NCBI GenBank assembly: GCA_951406725.2
Contig: OX597832.1
Location: 38,626,001-38,690,000 of the forward strand
Direction of reading: 5' to 3'
Length of the DNA stretch: 64,000 nt
From: Octopus vulgaris
Taxonomy: Eukaryota
Of the stretch, positions 1 to 15,239 are shown one piece after another. A model generated the notes under the pieces. It saw only the letters and a program-made list of their open reading frames with translations. It was not told the DNA's origin and did not search any database. Position numbers and translations under genes: made by a program. Each line of letters starts with the position of its first letter. The stretch's first letter is position 1.

Positions 1-658
1 CGCACACACATACATAGATACAAACATGCGCACATACATATATGTATGCATGTATGCCTAGTAATATAACATGAAAACATACACCTTATCGTGATAAACT
101 CCGTGTGTCACAGGACTGTGGATGTACATCTGTAATATCGACCAAAACATAGAAGTGGAAGTCGTTGAAAAGATGACGGACAAATTATCCTCAGCGGGCT
201 TTGAACTCATCCTAGAGATCAAATCCCGTAGCTCAATCTATCCCCCACGCCCTTATCACTCTCAATTCGTATCTTGAATGATATCACAATTACCTGAAGT
301 TTTTATTCGTATTCCTTGTGGAGGTAGCGGTTACATCACTCCAACCAGACACGTTCATGATAATTCAATGTGCAAAAACAATTATCGTTGTTGCACCCAC
401 AGTACCTTTGAAGGACAAATAAGACATTTCCCGCCTGCTAAAGAGGAACAAATAGGATATGGTCAACGAAGCACTTGTCAAGGGAAGTCACGTGGCATAA
501 TTCTTTATAGAAGTCGGTTGCCGCAGATTTTCTGTTGTGTCGGTGTGCTATCTCCTACAGAAAATTGATCAGAAACCCTGGCAGCTGAAGAAAACCATCA
601 AAGAAGAGAGACATGGCTGCTGATATCAGCTCAAAAAAGGGTTGTGGTTGAAAAGCGA

Positions 659-1039
<381 letters not shown>

Positions 1040-1609
1040 ATTTCTCTATTATAAACTATTTATCCATGTGATGCGATGTGTGATACACTGTTTGGAAGAA
1101 GAAGAAGAAGAAGAAGAAGAAGAATTTAAATGTTCTCTCCACATGTAAGTAACAACCACATTAGCAACATCAGTAATAAGAAGGTCGATAATTTATTCAT
1201 CCACGTGACACCATTGTCACAAACTATGTGTTTGCGTATGTTCCGAGGTGAGAGCATCATTCAACGCCAATTTCTGATAAACGATTTATCCACGTGACAG
1301 CTGGTGTAAAACAATAAGGAAGTCAGACGTTTCCGGTTTCACAAATGATTCGTCAAAAAGTTATTCGGAAAAAAATAATCGAAAGAAGAGTTCAGACAGG
1401 AAGAATGAGGAAACAGTCAAACGATATTGCTGAAGGGAAAAACTTTTGAAATTTCGGTTTTACTTATTCTTTAAATATTTTTATTACTTATTCACATATG
1501 TGTATTTCTACACAGAAGATGGCTACGTCTATATATACGCACGCACACACACACGCCTATATATCATGTATTACAATGTATTACATACACACACATGTAT
1601 ATGTCTACG

Positions 1610-1670
<61 letters not shown>

Positions 1671-1708
1671 TTATGTATATATATATGTATATATAAATAT
1701 ATATGTAT

Positions 1709-1739
<31 letters not shown>

Positions 1740-1908
1740 CATATATATGTGTATATAAATATATATATGTATATATATATATATAAATATATATATACAT
1801 AAATGTGTATATAAATGTGTGTGTATATATATATATCTGTATATATTCATAATTATATACACATATTTAAACATGTATATGTTATATATATATATATGTT
1901 ATATATAT

Positions 1909-1948
<40 letters not shown>

Positions 1949-2864
1949 AGTCTGTGTGTATGTGTGTATGTGCGTGTGTGTGCGTGCGCATACACTCATA
2001 CGTGCATTCTTGTGTCTGGTTTTAAGTTTGAGTTTGGAGACGCGTGGGCATGTATAAGTGGATATCTGCTTCTCTATGTATACTCGTATACTCGTATATG
2101 TGTGCAGCTGTATGACTATGATCGTTGGCGTCAGTGGAGGTGTGGAACGGTCTGAGTATAATCTGTGTGTTCACATCTGCTCGAATGCTTGTGTGCATGT
2201 GTTTATGTATAAAAATTTATATATATACAATTGCACATCTTTTTGTGCATCAACAATAATATGTAGGAGCAGTGCACTGTTGGGTAATATGATGTGGTGT
2301 GTTGAAATTTGGAGGAATTAGCGACCGTTACTATATGTGTATGAACATTAATGGCGGCGAATGCGCTTGTGAGTATATGTGTGTGAGTGTGTGGTGGTGG
2401 TGGTGGCGGCGGCGGCGGCGGTGGTGGTGGTGGTGGCAGGTGGTGGTGGTGGTGGTGGTGGTGACGGGACTTATTATATAGCTGTGTATGTGTGCATATG
2501 TGTGTCTACGGAGTTACGCTTCTTGGAGATCCCGTGATTGCTCGTGCATGTTTCTGTGGCTTTGTATGGCCTAAAGGTGCCGACGTGCGCACGTGTTGTA
2601 CGATACGTTTGTGAGGTATGTGAATGTGTTTGTGTACGTATGTTTGCGTATGTGTCTGTGTGCGTGTGTTTGTGTGTGTTTGTGTATGTGTGTGTGTATG
2701 CGTGTGTGTGTGGTGCATGTTTGTGTGTGATTAAGCATAGATAAATATATTCAGTGACACCTACAAGAAAAAAGTATTCGTAGAAAAAGATAGATACATG
2801 AATACACGTGTGTTTGTGAGAGTGTTTGTTGGTGTGTGTTTTGTGTATATAATATAATACAATA

Positions 2865-2912
<48 letters not shown>

Positions 2913-2942
2913 ATACATATATGTATATATAATATATATATA

Positions 2943-3033
<91 letters not shown>

Positions 3034-3719
3034 TATATACATAAATATATATATATGGATTGATAGATATCACATACACACAACACACACACATTGTATA
3101 TATATATGAGTATGCACGCACACACACGTTTATATATACAGAGCCACAATCGCAGAAAATGGTATTCTGTAAACACACACGCACACACACAAACACACGT
3201 ACTCACACACAAATAAATACCCACATACACATACACAAAATACATATTACACACACACATACACACACGCACACAAATAGCTCCCAAAGCGACAATACAA
3301 ACTACATTATGAAAGAAACAATTGCTATCACTATTTAAAAGAGTTTGTTCGGCGTTTGTTAAAAGTGACAGTTTGGGGAATATTTTGATAGATTTTAAAG
3401 AAATCATACAAAAACAGGGAAAATTGCTGGAAGACAACTTCAACAACAACTACAATAATCTTCATTATCGTTGTCGTCTTCATCACTATGACCATCGTTA
3501 ACAACAGCAACAATAACAACAACTGTATTCACAACAACAACGTTAATAACCAAAATTAGGATGACGCGCAACTGAGCAAATACCTACATGTGGCTCAGTC
3601 TGCAAATATGGCAAGCGAAGGGGTCAAAACTTATGCCCTCCTGTTTTAAAATAAAGGTCACACTCAACAATATAACTACACACACACCCATCCATCCATA
3701 CATCCATCCATCCATACTC

Positions 3720-3754
<35 letters not shown>

Positions 3755-3757
3755 TAA

Positions 3758-3867
<110 letters not shown>

Positions 3868-4444
3868 GGAGAAAGAGGGAGAGAGAGAGCAAAGAGGTGG
3901 AAAAAGTAGAGAGAGAATGAGTGTCACAAGAAAATGGAGAACACTGAACAGGGCTTTTCTTTTTTAAATCCAAAAATAAAAAAAAAACTACTTCTTAATT
4001 GAAGAGTTGTTGAAGGGTGTAGGGTACCCGAGGGTGATAATTACAAAGGTGTGGTCAGTGAAGCGAACATTACTTCATTTGTACCACCCTTCCACCCGCT
4101 TTAATACAATTCATATTTATTAGGAACCTTCGCTTTTACTCGCTTTTACTAAACGCTTTACATTCCGATTAACTTCAGAGATGGCTTCAGATACACACTC
4201 GCGCGCGCATACAAACGAGATGGCGGACGCACGCTCACACTTTCACGTAAGCGTGTTGAGTGTCACTTAGAGTGTGTGTTTGTATCTTTTGTGTGTGTCT
4301 GTTCGTGCCCCTGTGTTGTTAGTGATTGAGTGTGCATCTCTCTCTCTCTCTTGCTCTCTATATTGCTCTCTCTCTTTCTCTCTCTCAATCTCTCTGTGTA
4401 CCTATCTATCTACCTTTTCATATACATATATATGCATTCATTTA

Positions 4445-4810
4445 TTCTTTTACTGGTTTCAATCATTTAACAGCTGCCATGCTGGAGCACCATTTTAACG
4501 GGTTTTAGTCGAAGAAATCGACCTCAGGGATTTCTTTAAGCCTAAGAAACGGGGATGCTAACACACTAACACCGGCTGTCAAGCTGTAATGGTGGGGAAC
4601 AAAAATATATAAAGACATATATACATAGTTTTATATACATGTATGTATGTATGTATGTATGTATGCATGTATGTATGTATGTATGTATAAATACGACAGG
4701 CTTCTTTCAGTTCGCTTCTACCGAATCACTCACAGGGCTTTGGTCGAACGGGGCTATAGTAAAAGACACTTGCCCAAGGTGCCACGCAGTGGGACTGAAC
4801 CCGGAACCAT
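4445..4810 (-). mobile_element. SINE family A
   Basis: Homology to 15820-16220. Confidence 0.8.
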
Positions 4811-5455
4811 TTATCTAAGTAAATTTTCATCTATTCATATATCTATCTATATATATCTATATACTTCTCTGTCACTGAAACGTTGCTAACACACGTACAG
4901 AAAATAAAATACATACTGAATAATAAAAGAATCAGGGTCCAGACAGCAACACAACTGCAGCTTTCTTCCGGTTGGATGGTCACCAATTTTCAATACATAA
5001 AGGATTGCATTGAGAAGAGTTGTGTCGTGGAAGCCGGTGGCCTTACATAATGTTATGAAACGAAACATGACTAGTGAGCACATACACACATCTATACACA
5101 ATATACTCTTGTACACATTCACAATATAATCACACGCACTCACTCAATGGTGTGTATATGCAATCATATGCACACACGTATACGTACGCAGCATGTTTAC
5201 TGGTAGTCGCTTATATTCGAGAAGGCATAATTATATACACAAGACATGGAGACCCGCAAACACAGAGAAGCACAACCGCATCCATACATTCACATATGCA
5301 CATAGAGACACTCACTGACACGTACACATACACACATGTACACACACACACACACACACATTCACAAAGACAAATGCCAACAGAGGTACAGAATATATGC
5401 ACATACATACCTACATACTTACATAGATTCATATGTGTATGTGTGCATGTATATA

Positions 5456-5837
5456 TCTCTCTCTATATAAACGGCAGTTTGTCTGTGCGTTTTCTGTGTG
5501 TCTGTTTTCTCGTACCCTCACTCTGACCACGGCTTTCAACCGATTCTGATGAAACTTGACACACACATAGCCCAATGTCATAATTCAAAACTAACGCAGC
5601 GAAAATTTTGAAAAGTTCCCCCAGTTCTGAAAAAATCGATAAATTCGACATGGGGTCGAGAATCAGAAACCCAAACCACAGACCGTCTAGGGGACGCAAC
5701 TCCACCTTTTTTAACTCTCAAAAAAAATTTACCATCATTTTTTCCCCATTTTTTTGCTATTTTTTGGCTATAACTCTCTAAAAATGCTTTATAGTTATTT
5801 CCCTTACAAATCTGAGCAACGCCGGGCGATACTGCTA

Positions 5838-5838
<1 letters not shown>
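5456..5838 (+). mobile_element. Non-autonomous Helitron
   Basis: 5' TC...TATATAAA start, GTCT/GT-rich 5' region, 3' GAGCAACGCCGGG hairpin-like motif, then CTAG; inserted between A and T with no TSD. Confidence 0.75.
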
Positions 5839-5890
<52 letters not shown>

Positions 5891-6257
5891 ATTATAATTA
5901 GGATTCAGCTAACTGTTTCACCACATACTGAAATTTGAAATAGGAGTTAAAAATTCCTTTTCTGCTTCTATAATTATGTGGATAATCTTACCTATAAAGG
6001 TTATTTTAGCGTACCGATTTACTTGGTAAAATTAGTAATTAATTGATTAATTAATTAATTTAATTAATAAATTTTACCCTTCTATTATTAATTTAAAATT
6101 ATATATATATACACATATACAAACACACGCATAGAGAGAGAGACAGAATGAAACATGTTGACAAGCTATCCTCACACATCTTCACAAAGATTTGCATGCA
6201 CACGCATTCATATACGAACACATACTCATATAAACAAATATATGCACATACACAACA

Positions 6258-6298
<41 letters not shown>

Positions 6299-6399
6299 CG
6301 TGTGTGTATTATACGTCATACACGCACACACGCACACACATCTACGTAGTACATATTTGTTGTAGTCTCACAATCTACAATCCTAAATTTCTTAACCAC

Positions 6400-6610
6400 A
6401 AATATGTATTTTCTTTTTAAATTACGAATATACCCCCATACCATTTTGTGTGGTGGCTTTCCGTAAAAAGCCAAGAAAATAAAGCAATCAAAAGCATTTT
6501 GCAGTCTTTACAATCTGGAAAAGTTATTGAACTTTACACGTCAGGACAAAATATTAAATGAGCAAACTGAATGTCTCCCTTTATGTACCCATAGACGTAG
6601 GGAACGACTC
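6400..6610 (+). pseudogene. Penelope GIY-YIG endonuclease C-terminal remnant
   Basis: FCSLYNLEKLLNFTRQDKILNEQTECLPLCTHRRR resembles C.LC..EK..I....LLN.R.E...CRHR. Confidence 0.55.
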
Positions 6611-8008
6611 ACAATCGAATATGAATTACATGAAATCCAAATAGAGCAGACATTTCTTTTTCGTTTTCATTTTGAATTTTCCTTTTTATATGGTACTTTG
6701 CACAAATCATACCTACAGATGTGTGCACCGACAACTTTGTTTCTTCACAACTGTCTAGAAAATGGATATTATTAAAGACATTTTCTACATATAGGCTTTA
6801 GATGTTATAAATTGCGATAATATCGGAATTTATTTTGAAAAACTTTTCGACTGGATGGAGAGAGGAATTTCAGAAAATTCACGCGAATTTTCCTAGCGTT
6901 TCCTTATAACTTCCAGAAAAAAAATGGATATTTTAAAATGAAATTCTCTATAAATACCTTTCAGGTGCTGTAGATTACGATTACATAAGCAATTAATGTA
7001 GAAAACAAATTGGTGGGTGCGCACACATACTGACACATATCACAAATATGTCTACAAAACAAGACTAGATATTTTGAAGAGAATGCGATGTGTTAGTATG
7101 TGTGTGGGCGTGCATACCATTTCTTTTACCATATTAAATTCCAGTTGTGATCTTTGCCATCTGAGATGTATTTATGGAATATTTCATTAAGAAATACCTA
7201 ATTTACTGCAAGTTATGAAGAAACAGAACCGATTCTTGTGAAGTTTCCGAAACTCCTCTCCTTACCTCTCGGAAAATTTTTTCATTACACTTTACCGATA
7301 TAATCCTAATCTACACCACCTAACAGGCACTGCTCCTTGTTCTTTTGGCTTTAGATATACAAAGATTTGATAAACTAGTCTTTAAATAAAAGCTGACGCC
7401 ATAAAACAGTGACAAGCAAAATTGTAACGAGTCTTTCTTCCTGATACCTTAGTAGCTTCTAAGCTGAAGTGAAGACAGCATGTTCTTTGTCTATCTCCTT
7501 ACATTCTTGGAGATTTTAGATAAAATTATACTAACGTGTCAATCTGTTTTAATTTAATTAAATTCTTTGTCTTTATGCAGCTGAGGATTGCTCTGCATTT
7601 AAATTGATGTAATGATTGCATTTTTCAATTAAAAGGAGTTGCTTGAAACGAGCGTACTGCATTACCTCTGGATAGCCTTATTGCTTATTTTGATTATATA
7701 CATATAAGTATACATACATACATAACTACATACATACATACATACATACATACATACATACATACATTCATACAGACATGCATGCATACATACATATATA
7801 CATACACATATATACAGACATGTATATATATATATATTATGCCAGCTGTGAGTCCACAGCATCGCATGGTGGAAACAGCTGTAAGCTAATAAACTTTATA
7901 TGATATTCCTCTTATTCCTCTGTCATTACCTTTCTTATGATGTATTATGTTACATTTGTGTGTATATACATACAAAACTCTCACTTTCTCAATCTCTCTT
8001 TCTCTCTG

Positions 8009-8090
<82 letters not shown>

Positions 8091-8739
8091 GTTTAAATAT
8101 TTGTTGTGCAAGATAGCCTTATTGCTTATTTTGATTATATACATATAAGTATACATACATACATAACTACATACATACATACATACATACATACATACAT
8201 AAATACATACATACATACATACATACATTCATACAGACATGGCTAAACTGGCAATATGACCATTCCGAAATATAACAATATATATATATATATATACATA
8301 TATATATACATATATATACACATATATATATACATATATATTTACATATATATATACATATATATGTACATATCTATCTATCTCTCTATATATATATATA
8401 TACACAAACATTCACACCCATATTTATTGATGGATTAATGTACATTAATCGATGATTCCTCCACAGAGGGTACCTGACGTGTTAAGGTTTATTATTAATA
8501 TTATTGTTGCTAGTGTAGTTGTGGATGTCGTTGCTTACCTCATGTTTTTAACGTTTTTTTTTTAATATAAAACAATATACGTAGATACTTATATTATGTG
8601 TTAGATGAAAGAGAATTCTAAAAGCGAGTTCTCACCGACAATTCACTTTGCTACTTAAATCATATCTACTTAATAACCATTATGTAGCATACAATACACT
8701 ATAATATACTATATATATATATATACATATACATATATA

Positions 8740-8789
<50 letters not shown>

Positions 8790-9083
8790 ATATACATATA
8801 TATATAATATACATATATATACATATATATACCCACACGCACATACATATATGCATATATATATATATCATATTATATTATATTATACTATATATATATA
8901 TGTATAAATATAAATATATATATGTATACATATATATGTATATATGTATGTATATTTATTTATGTATGTATATATATAAAGGATAAAACCGTTTCAGATT
9001 TTATCAATGCCCAGCATCTAATATAGACGTTTTAAGGTGAATTCATATATAGAGATTTATAATAGTATAAAATACTATTATAA

Positions 9084-9235
<152 letters not shown>

Positions 9236-9914
9236 TGTCTGTTTCCTATCAAAGCTTGTTCTCCAGCGTTCTTCACCTCGTTATGCCTTAACAACCCTTA
9301 CCGTTTGTTTTACGTATCCTGTTTTTGTTACGAACTTTGACGCTCCGCAAATCCCAAATTGTATTTAATTTGCTTTGCGGGAGCGGCTGTTTTGGCGAAG
9401 ACGCATCTTGAAATATTTAAATTATCCAAATTACCTTGACGATGAATGTTTTCAAATCTTTTTGTGTAAGTTCCTTTGCTGCGAGCGATAAAATTGAACA
9501 ATAGTCGTGTTGATGACGCCCAGTGAGGTAGAAACACGTATCAATAACTGTCCAATTATCTCCGCGCAATAATCTTGTCTTTTTACTTTATAGCATATTA
9601 TCTTTGGACAATTCTTAATTCTTTAAATTATCTACACTGTTCATTTTTTGTTGATCTTAATTAACAATCGGTAATTAACAATCTCCTTGAGGCGGAGATA
9701 ATTTTCTTAAATCAAGAATTTATGTTATTGTATTTGATATAACTGTATTTGTCTATGTTGCGAGAAAAGATTTATTTGCTTTCGTGGGATTCGAAACCGG
9801 CATTTGAATGCTCGTTATTAAATGCAATGAGACGTTCTACTTATTGTACCACTCCACCTACCGGTTAACGGCAATAGGAAATATTTACAATACAATTTTC
9901 CATAGTATGACCAG

Positions 9915-10625
9915 TTTTCTTGTGAAATATTGATTTCAAATTTTGGCACAAGGCCAGCAATTTTTGGGGAGTGGGTAAGTCGATTACATCGACCCCCAGT
10001 ATTCAACTGGTACTTATTTTATCGATCCTGAAAGGATGAAAAGAAAAATCGAACTCGACGGAATTGAAACTCAGAACGTAAAGACGGACGAAATGCCGCT
10101 AAGCATTTGTTCCGGTATACTAACAATTTTGCCAGCTCGCCGCCATTTTTCTTGCGAAATATTAATTTCAAATGTTGGCACAATGCCAGTAAGTTTGGGG
10201 GAGGGGTATTCAACTGGTTCTTATTCAATCGACCCCGAAAGGATGAAAGGAAAAATCGAACTCGACGGAATTGAAACTCAGAATATAAAGACAGACAAAA
10301 TACCTATTTCTTTACTACCCACAAGGGGCTATACACAGAGGGGACAAACAAGGACAGACAAAAGGATTAAGTCGATTACATCGACCCCAGTGCGTAACTG
10401 TAACTTAATTTATCGACCCCGAAAGGATAAAAGGCAAAGTCGACCTCGGCGGAATTTGAACTCAGAACGTAACGGCAGACGAAATACGGCTACACATATC
10501 GCCCAGCGTGCTAACGGTTCTGCCAGCTCGCCGCCTTGACAGACAAAATACTGCTAACATTTTGACCGGCATACAAACAATTCTGCCAGTTCGCCGCCTT
10601 CTTTTATGCGAAATACTGATATCAA
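9915..10625 (-). mobile_element. Two head-to-tail SINE B copies (alternative-tail variant), the second interrupted by 10304-10537
   Basis: Both share the private variant AAAATCGAACTCGACGGAATTGAAACTCAGAA; TTTT.TG.GAAATA.T.AT.TCAA recurs three times at the borders. Confidence 0.8.
10304..10537 (-). mobile_element. SINE family B, full length, inserted in the same orientation into another family B copy
   Basis: 14-bp TSD GACAGACAAAATAC at 10290-10303 and 10538-10551. Confidence 0.9.
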
Positions 10626-12761
10626 TGGGAAATACACTGTCGCAGCTACTCTATATGAAACAAGGTAAGGACTATCGTAAATTGTTGTAATTAGTGGGGT
10701 GGAGGGTTAATGAAGGACAACTGTTAAGTGATTATAGTATTACGATTGTAATCCAACATGAATTTGTGTCCCGCTGCAGAGTAAGGATTATGTCCTTAAG
10801 CAGGGCACTTATCTCTGTTTGTCCTATGACCTTCTGACTAATTATGAAACTCTTAATTCTTTTCCTTTGGAGTCCGGAAGTCCGAGTGGATAGGGTACCG
10901 GATATCATACCAAGAGTTTGGTGGTTCGTTTCCTGTCAACTGCTTTGCGTGATTTTCTATAGACAAGATATTCAACTCAGAAACAGCACTGTCCTCTTAC
11001 GGGGAAAATAGGAACCATGTGGTAGGGTCGGTAGAAACAAACATTTGTAAGCAACCCTATAAAATCTCCGATTTTCACTGCCTGAGTTCAATCCCCTCCG
11101 GGATCAATTTTGTCTTTAATCATTTAGGGATCGTTAAGCTGAAGTAGCTATGAAGTATTGGATCGGTGTGTAATGGATTTGCCTCAACTCTTCCAATTGC
11201 CGGCCTTGTGCCAAAATTAGAAAATAATATTAATTTAATTTCTTCTACATTCAACAAAAGACTGGTTTCATAACCAGGGTCAGAATTGTCTCCCATGTAA
11301 TTTACTTGCTCGATTTGGGAGCCCTTCGAAAAAATGAAAAAAAAATATTGTATTCAATGTATCTACAGAGGCATTTCGGCGTTTTGAGTTCAAATCCTGC
11401 TCATTTCTCTCAGATTGCAATTTTCACTCCCACCCCGAATGAATTCAATAATTCAAATACCAGTAATATACGGTTTCTCTTTATTCTGTCTTTTATTATT
11501 CATTCCTACCCTTCCTCTTTCTTCTCCTGCCCCTCCCCCCGACGATGATGATTCCTTGTAGTTAATCCTATATATAACTGTGGTTTAGACAAGATGAGAG
11601 GGAGTCATGCCCTCTGACCCGACCCTGTCACAAGTTCATGTCTTTTTGTAGCCATTGCGTTGCATCTCTGGGCAAAGCACTTAAGATTTCGTGCCTCGGG
11701 CCAAGCACCTAATTAATAAGTCGTTACGGTTGCTATTGATGTCGCTATGGTGGTAGTAATTGTTGTTGCTGCTGTTGTTGTTGTTGTTGTTGTTGTTAAT
11801 ATTATTGATGGCATTGATAAAGTTGTTGTCGTTGTTGTTTTGTTGGTCTTGTAGCTGTTAGTGTTGTTGGTGGTAAGATTATTCTTGATGTTGCTGTTGT
11901 TGATGGCGGTAGTGACGGCGTTGTTGAGTTTGTTGCTACGATTACTGCTGTTGATGCTGCTGCTGCTGATGATGATGATTATTATGGTGATGGTAGTGAT
12001 GATGGTGGTAGTGATGGTGGTGATATTCGCAGCGTTAATTTATACGAAAAGTACGTGTAATTCAGATATACATGTTTCTCATCACCATTCCACCTTTCAC
12101 ACACACCACACACACACACACACACACACGCAGATTTATTTTTTTCAAACACATCTTGTTTGATGTAATACAAAGGAAGAAATATTTGTTGGTGAGTATG
12201 GGTAGGGGTCAGGAAGCGAGAAATACTGGGATACACAGAGTAAAATGGAATAGAGGGAGAGAGGGAAAGAGAGAGAAACAGTGAGAGACGAGACGGGGAT
12301 GGAGAGAGAGAGGGAGAGAGAGAGAAAGAGACAAATCGAGAGACAGACAGACAGACAAAAAGGGAGGGAGGTTGAAATGAAGTGAGAAAAGTAAGGAAGA
12401 AGATATAGGAAAATGAAAGAAGGAAAACCTGTATGTAGAGACACTAGACCCTAAGAGAAAATGAGAAAAAGAGGAGAGGAGGCTGTGAGAGAGACGATGA
12501 AAGACTTTAAGAAGAGATGAAGAGATGCAGATACAAAATGTAAGAAAGAGAGAGAGGGAGACAGATGAAGAGAGAAGGAGAGGGATAGAGAGAGAGGGAG
12601 AGAGACAGGTGGAATGTATATAAAAAAGATAGTGAGTTGGAGAGATGTGAATCATGTGAGAAAGAGAGAGATAGAGAGCGTAAGAAAGAGAGAGAGGGGT
12701 GGAAATTGGGTAAGATCTAAAACTTGAGATTAAAAGACTGGATGGAATAAAGCAGAGAGAA

Positions 12762-12792
<31 letters not shown>

Positions 12793-13847
12793 AAGGGAAG
12801 GAAGAAAGAAAGAAAGAAAGAGTAGCAGAATAAGAGGGGGAGAATGAGAAAGAGGGAGGGAGATTTAGTTGGCGGGAATGGAGAGAAAGGGGAGGTAAGG
12901 TGAGTAAGAGAGTGAGTGTGAGGAAACACTCACACAGCCTGAGTTACTGTGAGTGTGATTTTGAGAGTAAGTGTATGTTTGCATGTGTGTGTCTGGTTCA
13001 ATGATGTACTTGTGTACTCCTGTATGTGTGTATGTGTGTGTGAGAGGGAGAGAGAGAGAGAGAGACAGAAAGAGAGGAGAGAGAGGGGGAGAAAGAGAGA
13101 TGATAGCTAGGAAAAGGTATGAGTATATATGAATGTATCTGTCTCTGTGCGTGTGTATGTGTGTGTGTGTGTGTGTGTGTGTAAGTGCGTTTTTGTTTGT
13201 ATTTACGTGTATGATACGTGCACGAGTCCATGTGTATGTGTAACAGAGAGGGGGGAGAAAGGGAAAGAAAGGGAGAAAGGAAAACACACGTGGAAGTGTT
13301 TGTGTGCATGAATAAGGTGGAAGAAAAAAAGAAACAAAGAAAGAAAGAAATAGAAAGAGAAGGAAAAAAGAAATTGCTTTATGGAGAGTCTTTAAAGATG
13401 AAGGGGGGGGGAGAGATGATAAATAAATAAATAAATAAATAAATAAAAGTGATAAGGAAAACAAAAAAGATTAAAAAAAGACAAAAATGTTTCCGTCATT
13501 ACTCGTCAACGTCAGGTTAAATTTTTGTGAAAGTCTCAGAAGAGTTGCACATTTGATATGACGGTAGCATTAACGTGCAAACGGATATGATGCGACAGAT
13601 TTGCACTTCCGGTTATCATGGATCCTTATTTGAAGAACATCACGAAGAGAGACGAGAACAAAGTGAATTCTTAGCTTTTAGCTGTCTCTGACCAATTGCT
13701 GGGCCCATTAGTTAAACGGAAGGTTTAATTAAGACAATGTGGAAAATATCGTGATAGCGTTGAAAAACGTATTTGAGAGAATCACAGAAGAAAGAGCGAG
13801 CGACTGAGGTAAGGCAGACGGCTGGATGCACTCATACGTATATATAC

Positions 13848-13894
<47 letters not shown>

Positions 13895-14118
13895 CGCGTG
13901 TGTGTATGTATGTGTGTGTATTGGGTATTATCTATGTGTATGTGTGTACGTTTATACGTACGTACATATATTTATCAAATTTATATGTGTGTGTATGTAT
14001 GTGTATGTGTGTGTGTGTGTTTGAGAGAGAGAGAGAGAGAGAGAGAGTTAGAGAAGACATACAGGCATAGAGAGGGTGAGAGAAAAGGAGAGACAAAATG
14101 TGAGAAATATAAAAACAG

Positions 14119-14148
14119 GTAGATAGATAGATAGATAGATAGATGATG

Positions 14149-14229
<81 letters not shown>

Positions 14230-14240
14230 TATGGTAGTAG

Positions 14241-14304
<64 letters not shown>

Positions 14305-14317
14305 AAGATAGACAGAC

Positions 14318-14385
<68 letters not shown>

Positions 14386-14429
14386 TGATAGAAGGATAGC
14401 TAGATAGACAAACAGACAGACAGATAGAC

Positions 14430-14505
<76 letters not shown>
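14119..14505. repeat. Long (GATA)n/(GACA)n array; representative of many others (3720, 9085, 29641, 35070, 37510, 43730, 44490, 50746)
   Basis: Directly visible. Confidence 0.95.
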
Positions 14506-14509
<4 letters not shown>

Positions 14510-14798
14510 TAGAAATCAATAGAGAGGGTAACATAGAAGAGGAAGTGTTACAAAGACATTTACAATCTGGGGTGTACTGAGAACGGATAATCATAAAAGA
14601 GGAAAGTTGTTACGAAGTTAGGTAATTCTGCAGGAGCTCTTTTTACATAAAGGAGAAAAGAATAAGTTTTCGTTGAAATTAAAATTTATTTTAAGATAAG
14701 AATAAAAGATGAAAGGGTAATGTGACAGAAAGACAATGAAAAGTTCCCCTTTTTTATGTAATGGAATACTTTTACATTATAAATTTGTAAGAGCATTA

Positions 14799-14829
<31 letters not shown>

Positions 14830-14862
14830 GCATACGTATACGTATATGTTCATTTGTATATG

Positions 14863-14940
<78 letters not shown>

Positions 14941-14971
14941 CATATATATGTATATACATATATATACACAC

Positions 14972-15003
<32 letters not shown>

Positions 15004-15239
15004 GTATATACATACATATATATACACATATATAAACACAATTGTACATATATTTATATACGTACATGTGTATGTGTATATGTGTGTGTGTGCGTACGTG
15101 TGTAGTCACGAACGTTGTAGTGAATGCTAAACTTTGAGAAAGAGATGTAGAAGTCGAAAAATAAACGATATCGAACTGAGCGATCATACATCTATCTACG
15201 TTTATAACTGATAGTACTTAACAATTCCATAAACGATAC

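Noticed and set aside
70-640. Possible decayed RTE-type LINE 3' region
   Set aside because: The motif resemblance is too weak to call by eye.
3588-3599. Possible 12-nt minus-strand microexon (TTTGCAG|ACTGAGCCACAT|GTAGGT)
   Set aside because: Signals are moderate and matches of this quality are expected by chance in 64 kb.
5540-5560. Other CTGATGA/CTGAAGA heptamers (5546, 29331, 43525, 47212, 52194)
   Set aside because: None has a properly placed stem II plus GAAA and closing stem I, so they are not complete hammerheads.
9300-9620. Possible Penelope GIY-YIG remnant on the minus strand
   Set aside because: Too decayed (FIARSKGTYTKRFENIH only) to list as a feature.
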